Of a DNA stretch of 39,455 bases, positions 27,994-36,394 are shown in pieces. The translations under genes were made by a program, and so were the position numbers. Below the pieces are notes generated by a model. The model searched no databases. It worked only from the letters and a program-made list of their open reading frames with translations, and was not told the DNA's origin. This stretch comes from a virus (lineage: Duplodnaviria; Heunggongvirae; Uroviricota; Caudoviricetes): the IMG/VR virus record IMGVR_UViG_2526164602_000034; one strand, 5' to 3'. The stretch's first letter is position 1. The number at the start of each line of letters is the position of its first letter.

Positions 27994-28365
27994 TTACTTC
28001 GTTTTTCCTGCCGGAACAGCAGGCGTTCCGGCCATATCAGTAAATTCATGTTGTCGCCGCGTCTCCAGACGACGAATACTGGCCTTGTCCACGTTGCAGT
28101 TCTTGATCACCGCCAGCAGTTGCAGGTTGTAAGTGACCGATGCCCCAAACGTGAACGGCTCCGGCGCAGGAGGGACCAGGCAGTCAGCCAGCCATTCAGC
28201 GGGGATCGGCACCGGCTTCACAGGCACGTATTTCACAGACGGCCCGGCGCACCCGATCAGCCACATCATCAGGAACAGGGGCAGAGGCCGCAGGCACTGC
28301 TGCCAGCGACCGGCGGACAACGCTCTGCTGCCCCTCGCTGTGCTGAATGTTCTGTTGTTTTTCAT
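27994..28365 (-). CDS. Putative o-spanin (Rz1-like lipoprotein), overlapping the i-spanin gene in another frame; start uncertain
   Basis: Lipobox LIGC after hydrophobic LPLFLMMW, proline-rich mature part; extends beyond the Rz-like stop (overlapped architecture). The ATG at 28365 would give an unusually long signal. Confidence 0.4.
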   Translation of the reverse strand: MKNNRTFSTARGSRALSAGRWQQCLRPLPLFLMMWLIGCAGPSVKYVPVKPVPIPAEWLADCLVPPAPEPFTFGASVTYNLQLLAVIKNCNVDKASIRRLETRRQHEFTDMAGTPAVPAGKTK

Positions 28366-28546
28366 TCGTGGCCGCCTCACTGATTTGTGAAATGAGTTGC
28401 AGGGTGTGCTGCTGATTTGCCAGCACCTGACGCGCCTCATCCCGCTCACGCACAAGCACCTGATTATTGTCTTCAAGGCGCTGCGTCTTCTGGTGCATTC
28501 CCCATATAGCGGCAACCAGTACAGCGATAATCCCCAGCGCCGCCAT
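28196..28546 (-). CDS. Putative i-spanin (Rz-like)
   Basis: N-terminal transmembrane segment MAALGIIAVLVAAIWG followed by a Gln/Glu/Arg-rich coiled coil; directly after the endolysin; start chosen at the ATG at 28546, the track ORF starts further upstream. Confidence 0.5.
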   Translation of the reverse strand: MAALGIIAVLVAAIWGMHQKTQRLEDNNQVLVRERDEARQVLANQQHTLQLISQISEAATNEKQQNIQHSEGQQSVVRRSLAAVPAASAPVPDDVADRVRRAVCEIRACEAGADPR

Positions 28547-28658
28547 GCACGCCCCGGCAATCAGGGCCGGTAAGGCATTATTCACCGCAGCCACAGGACA
28601 CCCCGTAACAGCAGTACCGCACACAGCAGCGCTATCATGAGCGGTCGCCAGAAGCGGT

Positions 28659-29159
28659 TCAGACTTTCGGCAAGTCGTAGCGACATAACCATTCATCCGC
28701 CGAACGGCGGGCCTCAAGGCCGGGGAGTTTCACCCCCTTTGAATAAATCCAGCGGATATACTGCTTACAGGACGCGGGCATCTGCCCGGCATTGATCAGG
28801 CGCAGAAGCGTGGAGTTGCGAAAGTTCGTTTCACCGGCCCAGAAGATCCACGAAGCCAGCGCCACCGTCTGACCACGGGTAAGCGGCACCTGAACACGCC
28901 GATCAATGGCCGCAAAGGCCCATTTCATGTCCTTTTCCAGTAGTTCCAGGCATTCTTCATCTGTCAGGGTCATACCCGGTTTCACATCCGGGCCGGTATG
29001 GCCGTAACAGATGGTGGGTGTACCGGTGGGATCGATATACGTGGAGTTTTCTTTCCCTTCCCAGTAACCGGTGTAATGCGTGGCAATCGTGAACGTCCCG
29101 GCACCGGCCAGAACAAGGGCAATCAGCTTTTTACGCAGTGGTGCGGGGAGTTTTGGCAT
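28659..29159 (-). CDS. SAR endolysin (T4-lysozyme-like, GH24), Mu lys-like
   Basis: N-terminal signal-anchor-release-like segment LIALVLAGAGTFTIATHY, then catalytic triad spacing E(x8)D(x5)T in YWEGKENSTYIDPTGTPTICYGHT. Confidence 0.85.
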   Translation of the reverse strand: MPKLPAPLRKKLIALVLAGAGTFTIATHYTGYWEGKENSTYIDPTGTPTICYGHTGPDVKPGMTLTDEECLELLEKDMKWAFAAIDRRVQVPLTRGQTVALASWIFWAGETNFRNSTLLRLINAGQMPASCKQYIRWIYSKGVKLPGLEARRSADEWLCRYDLPKV

Positions 29160-29160
29160 T

Positions 29161-29198
29161 GTTACGCTGTCTCATGATGTTCTCTGAGTCAGCGTAAC
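29161..29198. promoter_or_regulatory. 9-bp perfect inverted repeat immediately upstream of the endolysin start
   Basis: GTTACGCTG (29161-29169) and CAGCGTAAC (29190-29198) separated by 20 bp, within the 71-bp gap between the Mor/C stop and the lys ATG. Confidence 0.35.
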
Positions 29199-29230
29199 GG
29201 TGAAGGAGAGGCGGCAGGCTTTGCGGAATA

Positions 29231-29656
29231 TCAGAAAAGTGGCGGTTGCGTTCTTGCCAGATGCAGACGGCGCTGTTCGCGTATGACGGTATAAATCTGG
29301 GTTTCTGACATCCGGTAATGGCGGCGAAGGGATTCAATTTTCTCGCCCCGGTCCCAGCGCGAAAATATCTCATTGTTTCGCAGCTCGGCAAAGAGAGATT
29401 CCCCGACCGGCAGGTAATAACCCCGTCCGCCCATATAGGCTGCCTGAGCCGCAGCCACCTTGCGTGCCAGTTTACCGGCCAGTACCGGCTCAATCCCCTG
29501 ACGCTGAAGTTCTGCGCCGGTGACTTCAACCAGTTCTGACAGGGTCCGCGGCCAGTTCTTTTTGAGAACATCATCAGGGATGTCATCAAGGCGGTCGATA
29601 AGGGCGTGCAGTTGCTCACTGTCACCACCAAACATGCTCATCTGAGTTTCTGCCAT
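29231..29656 (-). CDS. Mor/C-family transcriptional activator (middle/late gene activator)
   Basis: 141-aa protein at the Mu Mor/C position (after gemA, before lys) with C-terminal HTH-like region; only one family member is present here. Confidence 0.7.
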   Translation of the reverse strand: MAETQMSMFGGDSEQLHALIDRLDDIPDDVLKKNWPRTLSELVEVTGAELQRQGIEPVLAGKLARKVAAAQAAYMGGRGYYLPVGESLFAELRNNEIFSRWDRGEKIESLRRHYRMSETQIYTVIREQRRLHLARTQPPLF

Positions 29657-29686
29657 ATCAGCCTCCGGTTCTCGCGTTCCCGGTAA

Positions 29687-29720
29687 GTTTAAAATAAAAA
29701 TCCCGCGTTGTGGCGGGATT
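29687..29720 (-). terminator. Rho-independent terminator at the end of the early operon
   Basis: On the minus strand AATCCCGC-CACAAC-GCGGGATT followed by TTTATTTTAAAC, 5 nt after the gemA stop. Confidence 0.65.
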
Positions 29721-29725
29721 TGGGG

Positions 29726-30235
29726 TTAACGGGGAAGTGATTTTTCATACTGCCTGCAAACGGCGTCATACCCCATCAGCGTGCGTTCGGGCATTCCCAT
29801 CGCGGCCAGCATTTTGCGGCGGTGCCATCGCTTGAGACGCTCCAGCACATCTGAGGCCAGGGCGGGGTGTTGCTCCAGCCACTGCCAGTTTGCCACACCT
29901 TCGCCGCCGTTCTGCGCGGCCGTCTGCGATTTCACCCAGCGGTTAAGGGCGGTTTCCGCACCATCGGTGATAAAGCCCTGCCGGTGCATCACCTTCCAGA
30001 TGGCGCGAATTTTGGCGGTCACCGTACCCGGTTTTAAGGCCCGGTTAACCGGGTTCTGACGCACTTTAAAACCGCGTTTTTTGAAAACATCCAGCACGCG
30101 GGATAACTCATCCGGTGACATATCCCGGCAGCTGGTTTTGCCGGTGGCTGCCAGCAGCGCGGATGTATAAGTCTCATCATCCAGGGCAAGCTCGCGCTTT
30201 GCCACATGAATGGCGGATATCAGTTTTCCTCTCAT
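29726..30235 (-). CDS. gemA: GemA-like protein (Mu gp16 family)
   Basis: 169-aa ORF at the end of the early operon immediately before the terminator and the Mor/C gene, as Mu gemA. Confidence 0.65.
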   Translation of the reverse strand: MRGKLISAIHVAKRELALDDETYTSALLAATGKTSCRDMSPDELSRVLDVFKKRGFKVRQNPVNRALKPGTVTAKIRAIWKVMHRQGFITDGAETALNRWVKSQTAAQNGGEGVANWQWLEQHPALASDVLERLKRWHRRKMLAAMGMPERTLMGYDAVCRQYEKSLPR

Positions 30236-30528
30236 ACCGTATTTACCTTTTTACGGACATGGAAAGCCTTTTCTGCCTCATCCCACCGGGCATGGTGTGT
30301 TGGTGGAATAATCATTATGTGCCAGCCATCTCTGGTTGTTATCCGGCAGAAAAACTCACCGCTATATAACACAATGGCCTGCTGAATGAGCGCATCAGCC
30401 GCCCGTTCAACCGGATGTCTTTTATCAAAAAAGCAGATGATTTTTCGACATAACCACCGGGTAATAACAAATGCGCCGAAAAAGGATGTGATATATAAGC
30501 ACCAGAACAACAGAGAACTATTGTCCAT
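30232..30528 (-). CDS. Hypothetical membrane protein
   Basis: 98-aa ORF with N-terminal hydrophobic segment LLFWCLYITSFFGAFVI; 4-nt overlap with gemA. Confidence 0.45.
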   Translation of the reverse strand: MDNSSLLFWCLYITSFFGAFVITRWLCRKIICFFDKRHPVERAADALIQQAIVLYSGEFFCRITTRDGWHIMIIPPTHHARWDEAEKAFHVRKKVNTV

Positions 30529-30715
30529 TATCTTTCTCCTTATTCACTCTTCTGCGGCATTCGGCACAGTCATCAGGGCTTTCAAATGTATCCGGCTCGC
30601 GATTATGAGCCAGATATAACCACCGTCCACATATACTGATATTTTCGCCTGTTTTAAAAAAATGATGCTTCCTGGCCATTAGTGGCCGCGCCCATCCAGC
30701 GGGTAGACTATTCAT
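30518..30715 (-). CDS. Hypothetical small protein with Cys cluster
   Basis: 65 aa; ICGRW...CAEC possible zinc-binding arrangement; overlaps neighbours. Confidence 0.4.
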   Translation of the reverse strand: MNSLPAGWARPLMARKHHFFKTGENISICGRWLYLAHNREPDTFESPDDCAECRRRVNKEKDNGQ

Positions 30716-31082
30716 TTGCTTTATCCTCCATGCTGGACAGAATCATATGTATTAATGTCGGGCGTGGAGATATACGCATTTCATTAAGCGTCTGAAGGGC
30801 AGCAACAGCTGCCTGTTTATCGGTGCCTTTGGCAATTTCAGCAAGAGAATGCACAATCCATAACGGACTTAACGCCACGGCTGAATCCAGAATCATGTCA
30901 TCCATAATAATTTCTGGCATATCCCGTTTGTCACATTCTTTATCCATAAAAGAAACGATTTTTTCTGCATCTTCCGGTTTCATGCCTCCGGCGATGAGAA
31001 TTTTACGATATTCATAAGACGATCTTAATTCAATACTCATATTCATCTCCTGTAACTCTGACAAGGTCGTGATTTTTCTCAT
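30708..31082 (-). CDS. Hypothetical protein
   Basis: 124-aa ORF in an operon-like array with overlapping stop and start codons. Confidence 0.45.
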   Translation of the reverse strand: MRKITTLSELQEMNMSIELRSSYEYRKILIAGGMKPEDAEKIVSFMDKECDKRDMPEIIMDDMILDSAVALSPLWIVHSLAEIAKGTDKQAAVAALQTLNEMRISPRPTLIHMILSSMEDKANE

Positions 31083-31264
31083 TTATGTTTTCCAGTAATA
31101 CGGATATATATGTCGATAAGAAGATTCATAATAAACAGGAAGAGCGACATCCTGATAAAGAACCATATATCCGGCATCATGGACAGATTTCCTGTAACCG
31201 CAAATATAAAACCAACCCCCCACACAGGAACGATAATTGCGAAAAAAACAAGTCTCCTTATCAT
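31079..31264 (-). CDS. Hypothetical small membrane protein (two hydrophobic segments)
   Basis: 61 aa; LVFFAIIVPVWGVGFIFAV and LFLFIMNLLIDIYI. Confidence 0.4.
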   Translation of the reverse strand: MIRRLVFFAIIVPVWGVGFIFAVTGNLSMMPDIWFFIRMSLFLFIMNLLIDIYIRITGKHK

Positions 31265-31812
31265 GTCGTTAACTCCCGTAATACAACATCTTCGGCAGTC
31301 CGACGACGGTGATAAATAAAACTCACCGTGCCCTCGGATAATTCAAATTTCTCGCCGATTTCCCTAAAGGTAAGACGCCGTGGTGATTCAGCATCCCGTA
31401 ATTCACGAATAAGATGAACATCATCGTCAGGTATGCGGGTAAAAGGCAGTAATTCTCCGTATTTTTTCATGCTTACGCCAATATATCGCGCCCGATTGTG
31501 GACAGAATCCCGGTCTCGCCCCAGATATTCTCCTATTTGCTTACCGGTCATCGTCCTGGCATTTTTTCGGATAAATTTATCTTCATCAGGTTTAAATCTG
31601 AGGCGTTTGCATTTGAGCAACTCCGGGTAAGTACCGCGTAATAAAACAATCCGGTTATGTACACCCCAGAAACTTCTTTTTATCCTGACAGCAATATCCT
31701 TAACCGGGGTGGATGGATAAAGCGCAATCAGCAGCGCATCTTCTTCAGGTGTCCATGCGCGAACATGAGCGGGTGCACGGCCTTTTCTCCCCATGGGTTG
31801 TAATTTCATCAT
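31261..31812 (-). CDS. Hypothetical protein with repeated helix-turn-helix-like modules
   Basis: 183 aa; WTPEEDALLIALY, TMTGKQIGEYLGRDRDSVHNRARYIG and LTFREIGEKFELSEGTVSFI resemble sigma region 4 / LuxR-type HTH units. Confidence 0.5.
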   Translation of the reverse strand: MMKLQPMGRKGRAPAHVRAWTPEEDALLIALYPSTPVKDIAVRIKRSFWGVHNRIVLLRGTYPELLKCKRLRFKPDEDKFIRKNARTMTGKQIGEYLGRDRDSVHNRARYIGVSMKKYGELLPFTRIPDDDVHLIRELRDAESPRRLTFREIGEKFELSEGTVSFIYHRRRTAEDVVLRELTT

Positions 31813-31815
31813 GCA

Positions 31816-32331
31816 TCACCCCCCGACTCGCTTTTCGGCAGCATAAAACTCATCAGACAGAATTTCGGTCATTTTCCGTTTTGCGGAATCATCTTCGCAC
31901 TGAAGGTAAATAACATCGTCAACGCAGAACCACTTCACGGGACCATGCAATATTGCTGAGAAGTCAATACCCAGCCAGAACAACAGTGCATCGGTTCTGG
32001 CATACGTGACGGGCGAATATTCACGCCACAGACTGTTAAGTTCGTCAGAGGCAACGCGCAGGGCTTTGGGAATACGTGATGTGCGCGGTGTGCAGCTCCA
32101 GCCATTCGACGCAGTCGGTTTTCGCCATAAGTCGCGATGAAAAGGATATTTGTCATCCATAAAGCGCAGCCCTTTAAAACAAAAGCCACTGATACCGGAT
32201 ACAAATACCGACCGGCACGCAACATTCAGCACGGCCTCAAGGCGTTTTGCCTCATCCTTAACTTTCTGGCAGTCCTGCTGATATTTTTGCCACGCGGCCA
32301 GCGCGGAAGGGTTTGATGTTTTAAAGAACAT
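31816..32331 (-). CDS. Hypothetical protein
   Basis: 171-aa ORF, same strand and tight spacing with neighbours. Confidence 0.45.
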   Translation of the reverse strand: MFFKTSNPSALAAWQKYQQDCQKVKDEAKRLEAVLNVACRSVFVSGISGFCFKGLRFMDDKYPFHRDLWRKPTASNGWSCTPRTSRIPKALRVASDELNSLWREYSPVTYARTDALLFWLGIDFSAILHGPVKWFCVDDVIYLQCEDDSAKRKMTEILSDEFYAAEKRVGG

Positions 32332-32864
32332 TACGCCACCTCCGCAGATATCCCGGCAGGTGCAGCCGTCCGGTCAACAATCAGGTAACGCAGAACATGT
32401 TCGGTGATATTCCAGCCGCTTAAACCGCAGATAATGACACCCAGGCGAATGTCGATATACGCCATCACAAACTGGGGCACGCCTTCTTTCATGGCCTGCT
32501 CATCAACTTCAACCACCACATAAACGGTTTCGCAGGTCAGTACGCCCTGAGCAAATTCCCACGCCATCGACGGAATATCATGCCCCTCAATCCACGGCAG
32601 GGATTTTCTGAAGCTGCACCACTGAACATCATCAGCCGCACCTTCCTGGCTGCATTTGCGACGAACCGGCTGCACCGGGCGGGGACGCGGAATATCATAA
32701 AAACCGTTACATTCCGTCAGCACCCCGGCATCGACCGCATCACGCAAAAAATAAACCATCGAGGATGGCGGCATATTCATTTTTTCAGCCAGAATGCCGC
32801 AGGTCAGACGCCCGTAAATACTCAGCCAGTTTTTAACCCCTTCAAGCACTTTTGCATCAATCAT
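32331..32864 (-). CDS. Hypothetical protein, possible N-terminal winged-helix domain
   Basis: 177 aa; start overlaps the stop of the upstream gene. Confidence 0.45.
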   Translation of the reverse strand: MIDAKVLEGVKNWLSIYGRLTCGILAEKMNMPPSSMVYFLRDAVDAGVLTECNGFYDIPRPRPVQPVRRKCSQEGAADDVQWCSFRKSLPWIEGHDIPSMAWEFAQGVLTCETVYVVVEVDEQAMKEGVPQFVMAYIDIRLGVIICGLSGWNITEHVLRYLIVDRTAAPAGISAEVA

Positions 32865-32867
32865 GAA

Positions 32868-33410
32868 TTATTCCTCCGTCAGCGCCACATATTCAGAATG
32901 TTTAATTTCCTGGCATTCTTCAGGAATACACCCTTTTATTTCCCTGCCATAAGCGCCTACTTTAAACACCACGCACAGGGCATCACGGGAGAGCGACGGG
33001 GTCCACCAGGAGTCCGTGTTAAACATGGAGGGGATTCTCATTACCCCCAGCTTTTCACAGAGCCAGACAAGGAAATCAGGACGCTTTCTTAACTCACGTT
33101 CAGCGGTTTCAATCATTGCGGCAATCGCCGGACCTTCAGGGCATGACTCATCAGGTCTGGCAATAAAGCACGGTCCGTCCCCGATAAAAGCCACATCATC
33201 GCGCTTACGCCAGCCCGCAGGCAGAGCACCAGAAAAATAAAACTCACTGATTACGTCCATGGCAAACGGCTTTAAGCGCAATCCGGCAGCGCCTGTATTT
33301 TTCAGTAATGCCCGAAGAATACTGTTGCGTAGCGGTAAAACAGTCTGTTGATATTTGGTGAAATATTTATTTGTCTGCACACGGTCTAATTTGAAATAAA
33401 AATATGCCAT
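32868..33410 (-). CDS. Hypothetical protein
   Basis: 180-aa ORF preceded by a 97-bp AT-rich gap after gam. Confidence 0.45.
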   Translation of the reverse strand: MAYFYFKLDRVQTNKYFTKYQQTVLPLRNSILRALLKNTGAAGLRLKPFAMDVISEFYFSGALPAGWRKRDDVAFIGDGPCFIARPDESCPEGPAIAAMIETAERELRKRPDFLVWLCEKLGVMRIPSMFNTDSWWTPSLSRDALCVVFKVGAYGREIKGCIPEECQEIKHSEYVALTEE

Positions 33411-33507
33411 ATATCCTGTTCCTTATTTTCAGTTTACAGGCGCAGGCAGTCCCCTGACGCGAGCGCCATAATTAAAACGAAGTGATATTTAATTGATTAA
33501 TGCGGTG

Positions 33508-34038
33508 TTATTTATTCAGTCCGGCGTCCTGTTCAAAAGGCTCGACATAAAAACTTTCAGCGCCTTTATTCACCTTAATACCGGCAATCCCTTTCACCGC
33601 ATCCGGCTCCGCCAGGACCGCTTCCTTGTTCACTTCCTCTTTCGTGCGGATAAAACGCTCAAGGCCCATACGGCGCAGCATTTCAATCACACCTTCCACA
33701 TCACGACTGACGCTGCATGATGGATTCCCCAGTCGCCATGACACCGTTCCGGTGGTCAGATTGGCAGTTTTGGTTTTGCCGCCGTTCGTCAGCTCATCAC
33801 GGTTGGTTTTGCACCAGTCCTGAATCCCCTTAAAAAGCACTTTGATTTCTTTTTTAAGGTTTTCAATCTGCGGCGTATAACGGGCGGTGATTTCTGCCAC
33901 TTCATCATTCATCGCTGTTTCCAGGCGCAGCGCCTCTCGCTGAATATCGCCCAGGGTGCGGATATCGCGGCTGACCTCTTCACGGGTCTGCGGTGCCGCC
34001 TCTGCTGCGGCCTTTAATTTTGTAACGCGTTTTGCCAT
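33508..34038 (-). CDS. gam: Gam-like host-nuclease inhibitor (DNA-end-binding)
   Basis: 176-aa ORF in the early region in the Mu gam position and of the Mu Gam size. Confidence 0.75.
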   Translation of the reverse strand: MAKRVTKLKAAAEAAPQTREEVSRDIRTLGDIQREALRLETAMNDEVAEITARYTPQIENLKKEIKVLFKGIQDWCKTNRDELTNGGKTKTANLTTGTVSWRLGNPSCSVSRDVEGVIEMLRRMGLERFIRTKEEVNKEAVLAEPDAVKGIAGIKVNKGAESFYVEPFEQDAGLNK

Positions 34039-34049
34039 TTTGTTTTTCC

Positions 34050-34343
34050 TTATTGCAGTGTGCCTGATGCTTTATGCACGCGGTGGCGTTTAATGATGGC
34101 ATCCGCCCCAAAAGCCTGTACAGATGCCTGAAATTCCGCTGAGAGAAACTGAATAATTTCAGGGCTGTGATACTGGAGAATACTTGCATAAACGTCACAG
34201 AGTGACGTCGGCCTGTTATTCGTATCACGTTCTGTTTTTACATCCACACCAATCTTTTCATGCACTTCAACACAGTCATTGCCTGCCGGTTTTTCGTCAT
34301 GCGAAACATGCTTAAATTCAAAAATAACGCGTACTTTGCTCAT
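34050..34343 (-). CDS. Hypothetical small protein, tandem paralogue 2
   Basis: ATG at 34343 (MSKVRVIFEFKHV...); N-terminus matches the upstream neighbour MSKVVRIIFEYKEHV. Confidence 0.5.
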   Translation of the reverse strand: MSKVRVIFEFKHVSHDEKPAGNDCVEVHEKIGVDVKTERDTNNRPTSLCDVYASILQYHSPEIIQFLSAEFQASVQAFGADAIIKRHRVHKASGTLQ

Positions 34344-34347
34344 GGAA

Positions 34348-34620
34348 TTACCCCTGCTGATTAAATTCATTACCTTTAATAACCCCGGAACGCATGCTCA
34401 TATCTTTCATGAGCGCACTGGCTTTCATTGCCACAAGTTCAGCAAAGTCTCTGCTTTCCGCGAGCATAACCACCCCAAAAATCATGGCGGGTCCATCACC
34501 TTTCTGCTTTATCCCGGTTGAACGTATGTCCAGACTTACCCCCATGCGCACTGTTCCATCAGCGTTTTTATGGATAACGTGCTCCTTGTATTCGAAAATA
34601 ATGCGTACGACTTTACTCAC
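34348..34620 (-). CDS. Hypothetical small protein, tandem paralogue 1
   Basis: 90-aa ORF; shares the N-terminal MSKV-RIIFE-K-HV pattern with the next gene. Confidence 0.5.
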   Translation of the reverse strand: MSKVVRIIFEYKEHVIHKNADGTVRMGVSLDIRSTGIKQKGDGPAMIFGVVMLAESRDFAELVAMKASALMKDMSMRSGVIKGNEFNQQG

Positions 34621-34898
34621 CCTCTGGTCCTCGTTCTGTTTGGATAACTGACCCGGCGTCTGACCTCACGGCAGAACCGAATCATGGCATTAAAGGCTTC
34701 TTCCTCCGTCACCGCTTCCGGTATCCCCGGAACCAGTAACTGCTCCTGTTCATCACGTCCATGACGCGCCATAACCTCAATCACATGCCGTACCGTGGCA
34801 GGCTTTCCGGCAACTATCGGCAATGCACCTTCCGGCAGGACGTAACCAAACTCAATAAGACCACTCGACCACGCCCATGCAATGAGATTTTTTTTCAC
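34617..34898 (-). CDS. Hypothetical protein
   Basis: 93-aa ORF, 4-nt overlaps on both sides. Confidence 0.45.
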   Translation of the reverse strand: MKKNLIAWAWSSGLIEFGYVLPEGALPIVAGKPATVRHVIEVMARHGRDEQEQLLVPGIPEAVTEEEAFNAMIRFCREVRRRVSYPNRTRTRG

Positions 34899-34899
34899 C

Positions 34900-35166
34900 T
34901 CACACCTCCCAGTAAACCGTGCAGCCGCTGATGCGGGTGGCCTTCACACGGCGGCGCAGGCCGTTGGTCTGTATGGTGATTTCAATTTCACCGGTTCCCT
35001 GCACGTTGCCTACCGGCGGCGTGGTTTTCAGTGCAAAACGTTGTGGGTAGCGCTTACTGCGTTCCAGTACCGCACCGGCAAGTTCGGTCAGACGGCGCGC
35101 GCTGTTCAGGGAGTCGAATAAATTCATTTTGTTACCGCAGGATTGCATATTCATATAACACCTCAT
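34900..35166 (-). CDS. Hypothetical protein
   Basis: 88-aa ORF in the early operon. Confidence 0.4.
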   Translation of the reverse strand: MRCYMNMQSCGNKMNLFDSLNSARRLTELAGAVLERSKRYPQRFALKTTPPVGNVQGTGEIEITIQTNGLRRRVKATRISGCTVYWEV

Positions 35167-35394
35167 TTAGCTGACTTGTTTCGCACCAACAGAACGGCAT
35201 ATTCCGCTGTAAACGTCTGTCGCACCTTCGCGATCAAGTCCGGCAGATATCACCATTCGTGTGCGGTCATTAAATTCAAAAAGTAAATCGCCACATTCTT
35301 TATTTTCGGCCAGTGAAATCACCTTCACGTTATCGAAATTAACCAGGTAAAAGCGTCCGTAAATATCAGGAATATAAAATACCGCCATAATCAC
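35167..35394 (-). CDS. Hypothetical small protein at the Mu kil position
   Basis: 75-aa ORF starting 4 nt inside the end of the B gene, the position and size of Mu kil. Confidence 0.4.
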   Translation of the reverse strand: MIMAVFYIPDIYGRFYLVNFDNVKVISLAENKECGDLLFEFNDRTRMVISAGLDREGATDVYSGICRSVGAKQVS

Positions 35395-36323
35395 ACCTGT
35401 GAGAGTAATTCAGGGTTGGTATAAACCTCTTTAAAGGCCGCATTAATATGTTTTTCTGTCAGCGCCGCACCTTCACCGCTGGCGGTGAGCCACGCCTGGT
35501 TAAGCGTATGTGTCAGAACGCGTAACGCTCCCGGCTTTTCAGCGATAGCCTGCATGACGGCCAGCTCGGCCTCACCACTGATACCCCATGCCCTGGCAAT
35601 GGCCAGCACATCCGCCTTTTTGGCCTTGCGAAGTTGTTTTGTACGGGCAAGACGGCTGAACAGGCGCGATAAATCATCAAAGGCGCGGCGTCCACCTTTA
35701 AACAATCCGCGCGGGTTACCAATAAGCACCATCCCGATCCCCGTGGCGTCCTGAATTGCCCGGAGTTGCTCCAGACCGTCAATACCAAGATGATCCGCCT
35801 CATCCACAATCACCAGTCCACGCGTTCCCATCAGGCGACGGCGGATGGCGCGGGATAATGCCCCTTTGTTCGCGCGGGTGTAATCAATCCCCAGCGCATC
35901 GGCCAGCTCCAGCAGACACTCCGTGACGCTGGAGTGCGCGGGTGACAGGGTGATCATCCAGGTGTTTGGTTGCTCCTGGCAGTAATTACGGGCGGTGGCC
36001 GTTTTACCTACCCCCGGCACGCCCACAATGACGTTAATACAGCCCATCAGGCGAACCGCCTGAAACAGTGCGCGCAGCTCCTGAACTGTCTGCGTTTCCA
36101 CAAACTGCGGCGGTTCCGGCAGTGCGCTTTGTTTATTCCAGTTCTCATACCAGGAACGCAGGGAAGCAGCCACAGCGGCGTTATCGCCTTTATATTTCCC
36201 CTTGCGGAAAGCCGATAATGTGCCGTCGGAAATTCCCGCCTCTCTGGCGATGGCATACTGCGTCAGTACGCCGCCATCAATAAGTTCATCAATGGTCTTG
36301 ATTACATCGTTAATATCAGTCAT
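35391..36323 (-). CDS. B: Transposition ATPase, Mu B-like (AAA+ target DNA activator)
   Basis: KYKGDNAAV, LPEPPQFVETQTV, Walker A GVPGVGKT, Walker B VIVDEADHLG, KKADV and KPGALRV line up with Mu B. Confidence 0.9.
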   Translation of the reverse strand: MTDINDVIKTIDELIDGGVLTQYAIAREAGISDGTLSAFRKGKYKGDNAAVAASLRSWYENWNKQSALPEPPQFVETQTVQELRALFQAVRLMGCINVIVGVPGVGKTATARNYCQEQPNTWMITLSPAHSSVTECLLELADALGIDYTRANKGALSRAIRRRLMGTRGLVIVDEADHLGIDGLEQLRAIQDATGIGMVLIGNPRGLFKGGRRAFDDLSRLFSRLARTKQLRKAKKADVLAIARAWGISGEAELAVMQAIAEKPGALRVLTHTLNQAWLTASGEGAALTEKHINAAFKEVYTNPELLSQV

Positions 36324-36361
36324 ATTATTAACCTCTCATTTGATACCTTGTTTAATCAAAT

Positions 36362-36394
36362 AACCTGAGTCGCCGCTCGGGTTATTTTTTATTT
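36362..36394 (+). terminator. Terminator-like hairpin in the A-B intergenic region (plus-strand orientation)
   Basis: AACCTGAG-TCGCCG-CTCGGGTT followed by ATTTTTTATTT, overlapping the 3' end of the transposase gene. Confidence 0.35.
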
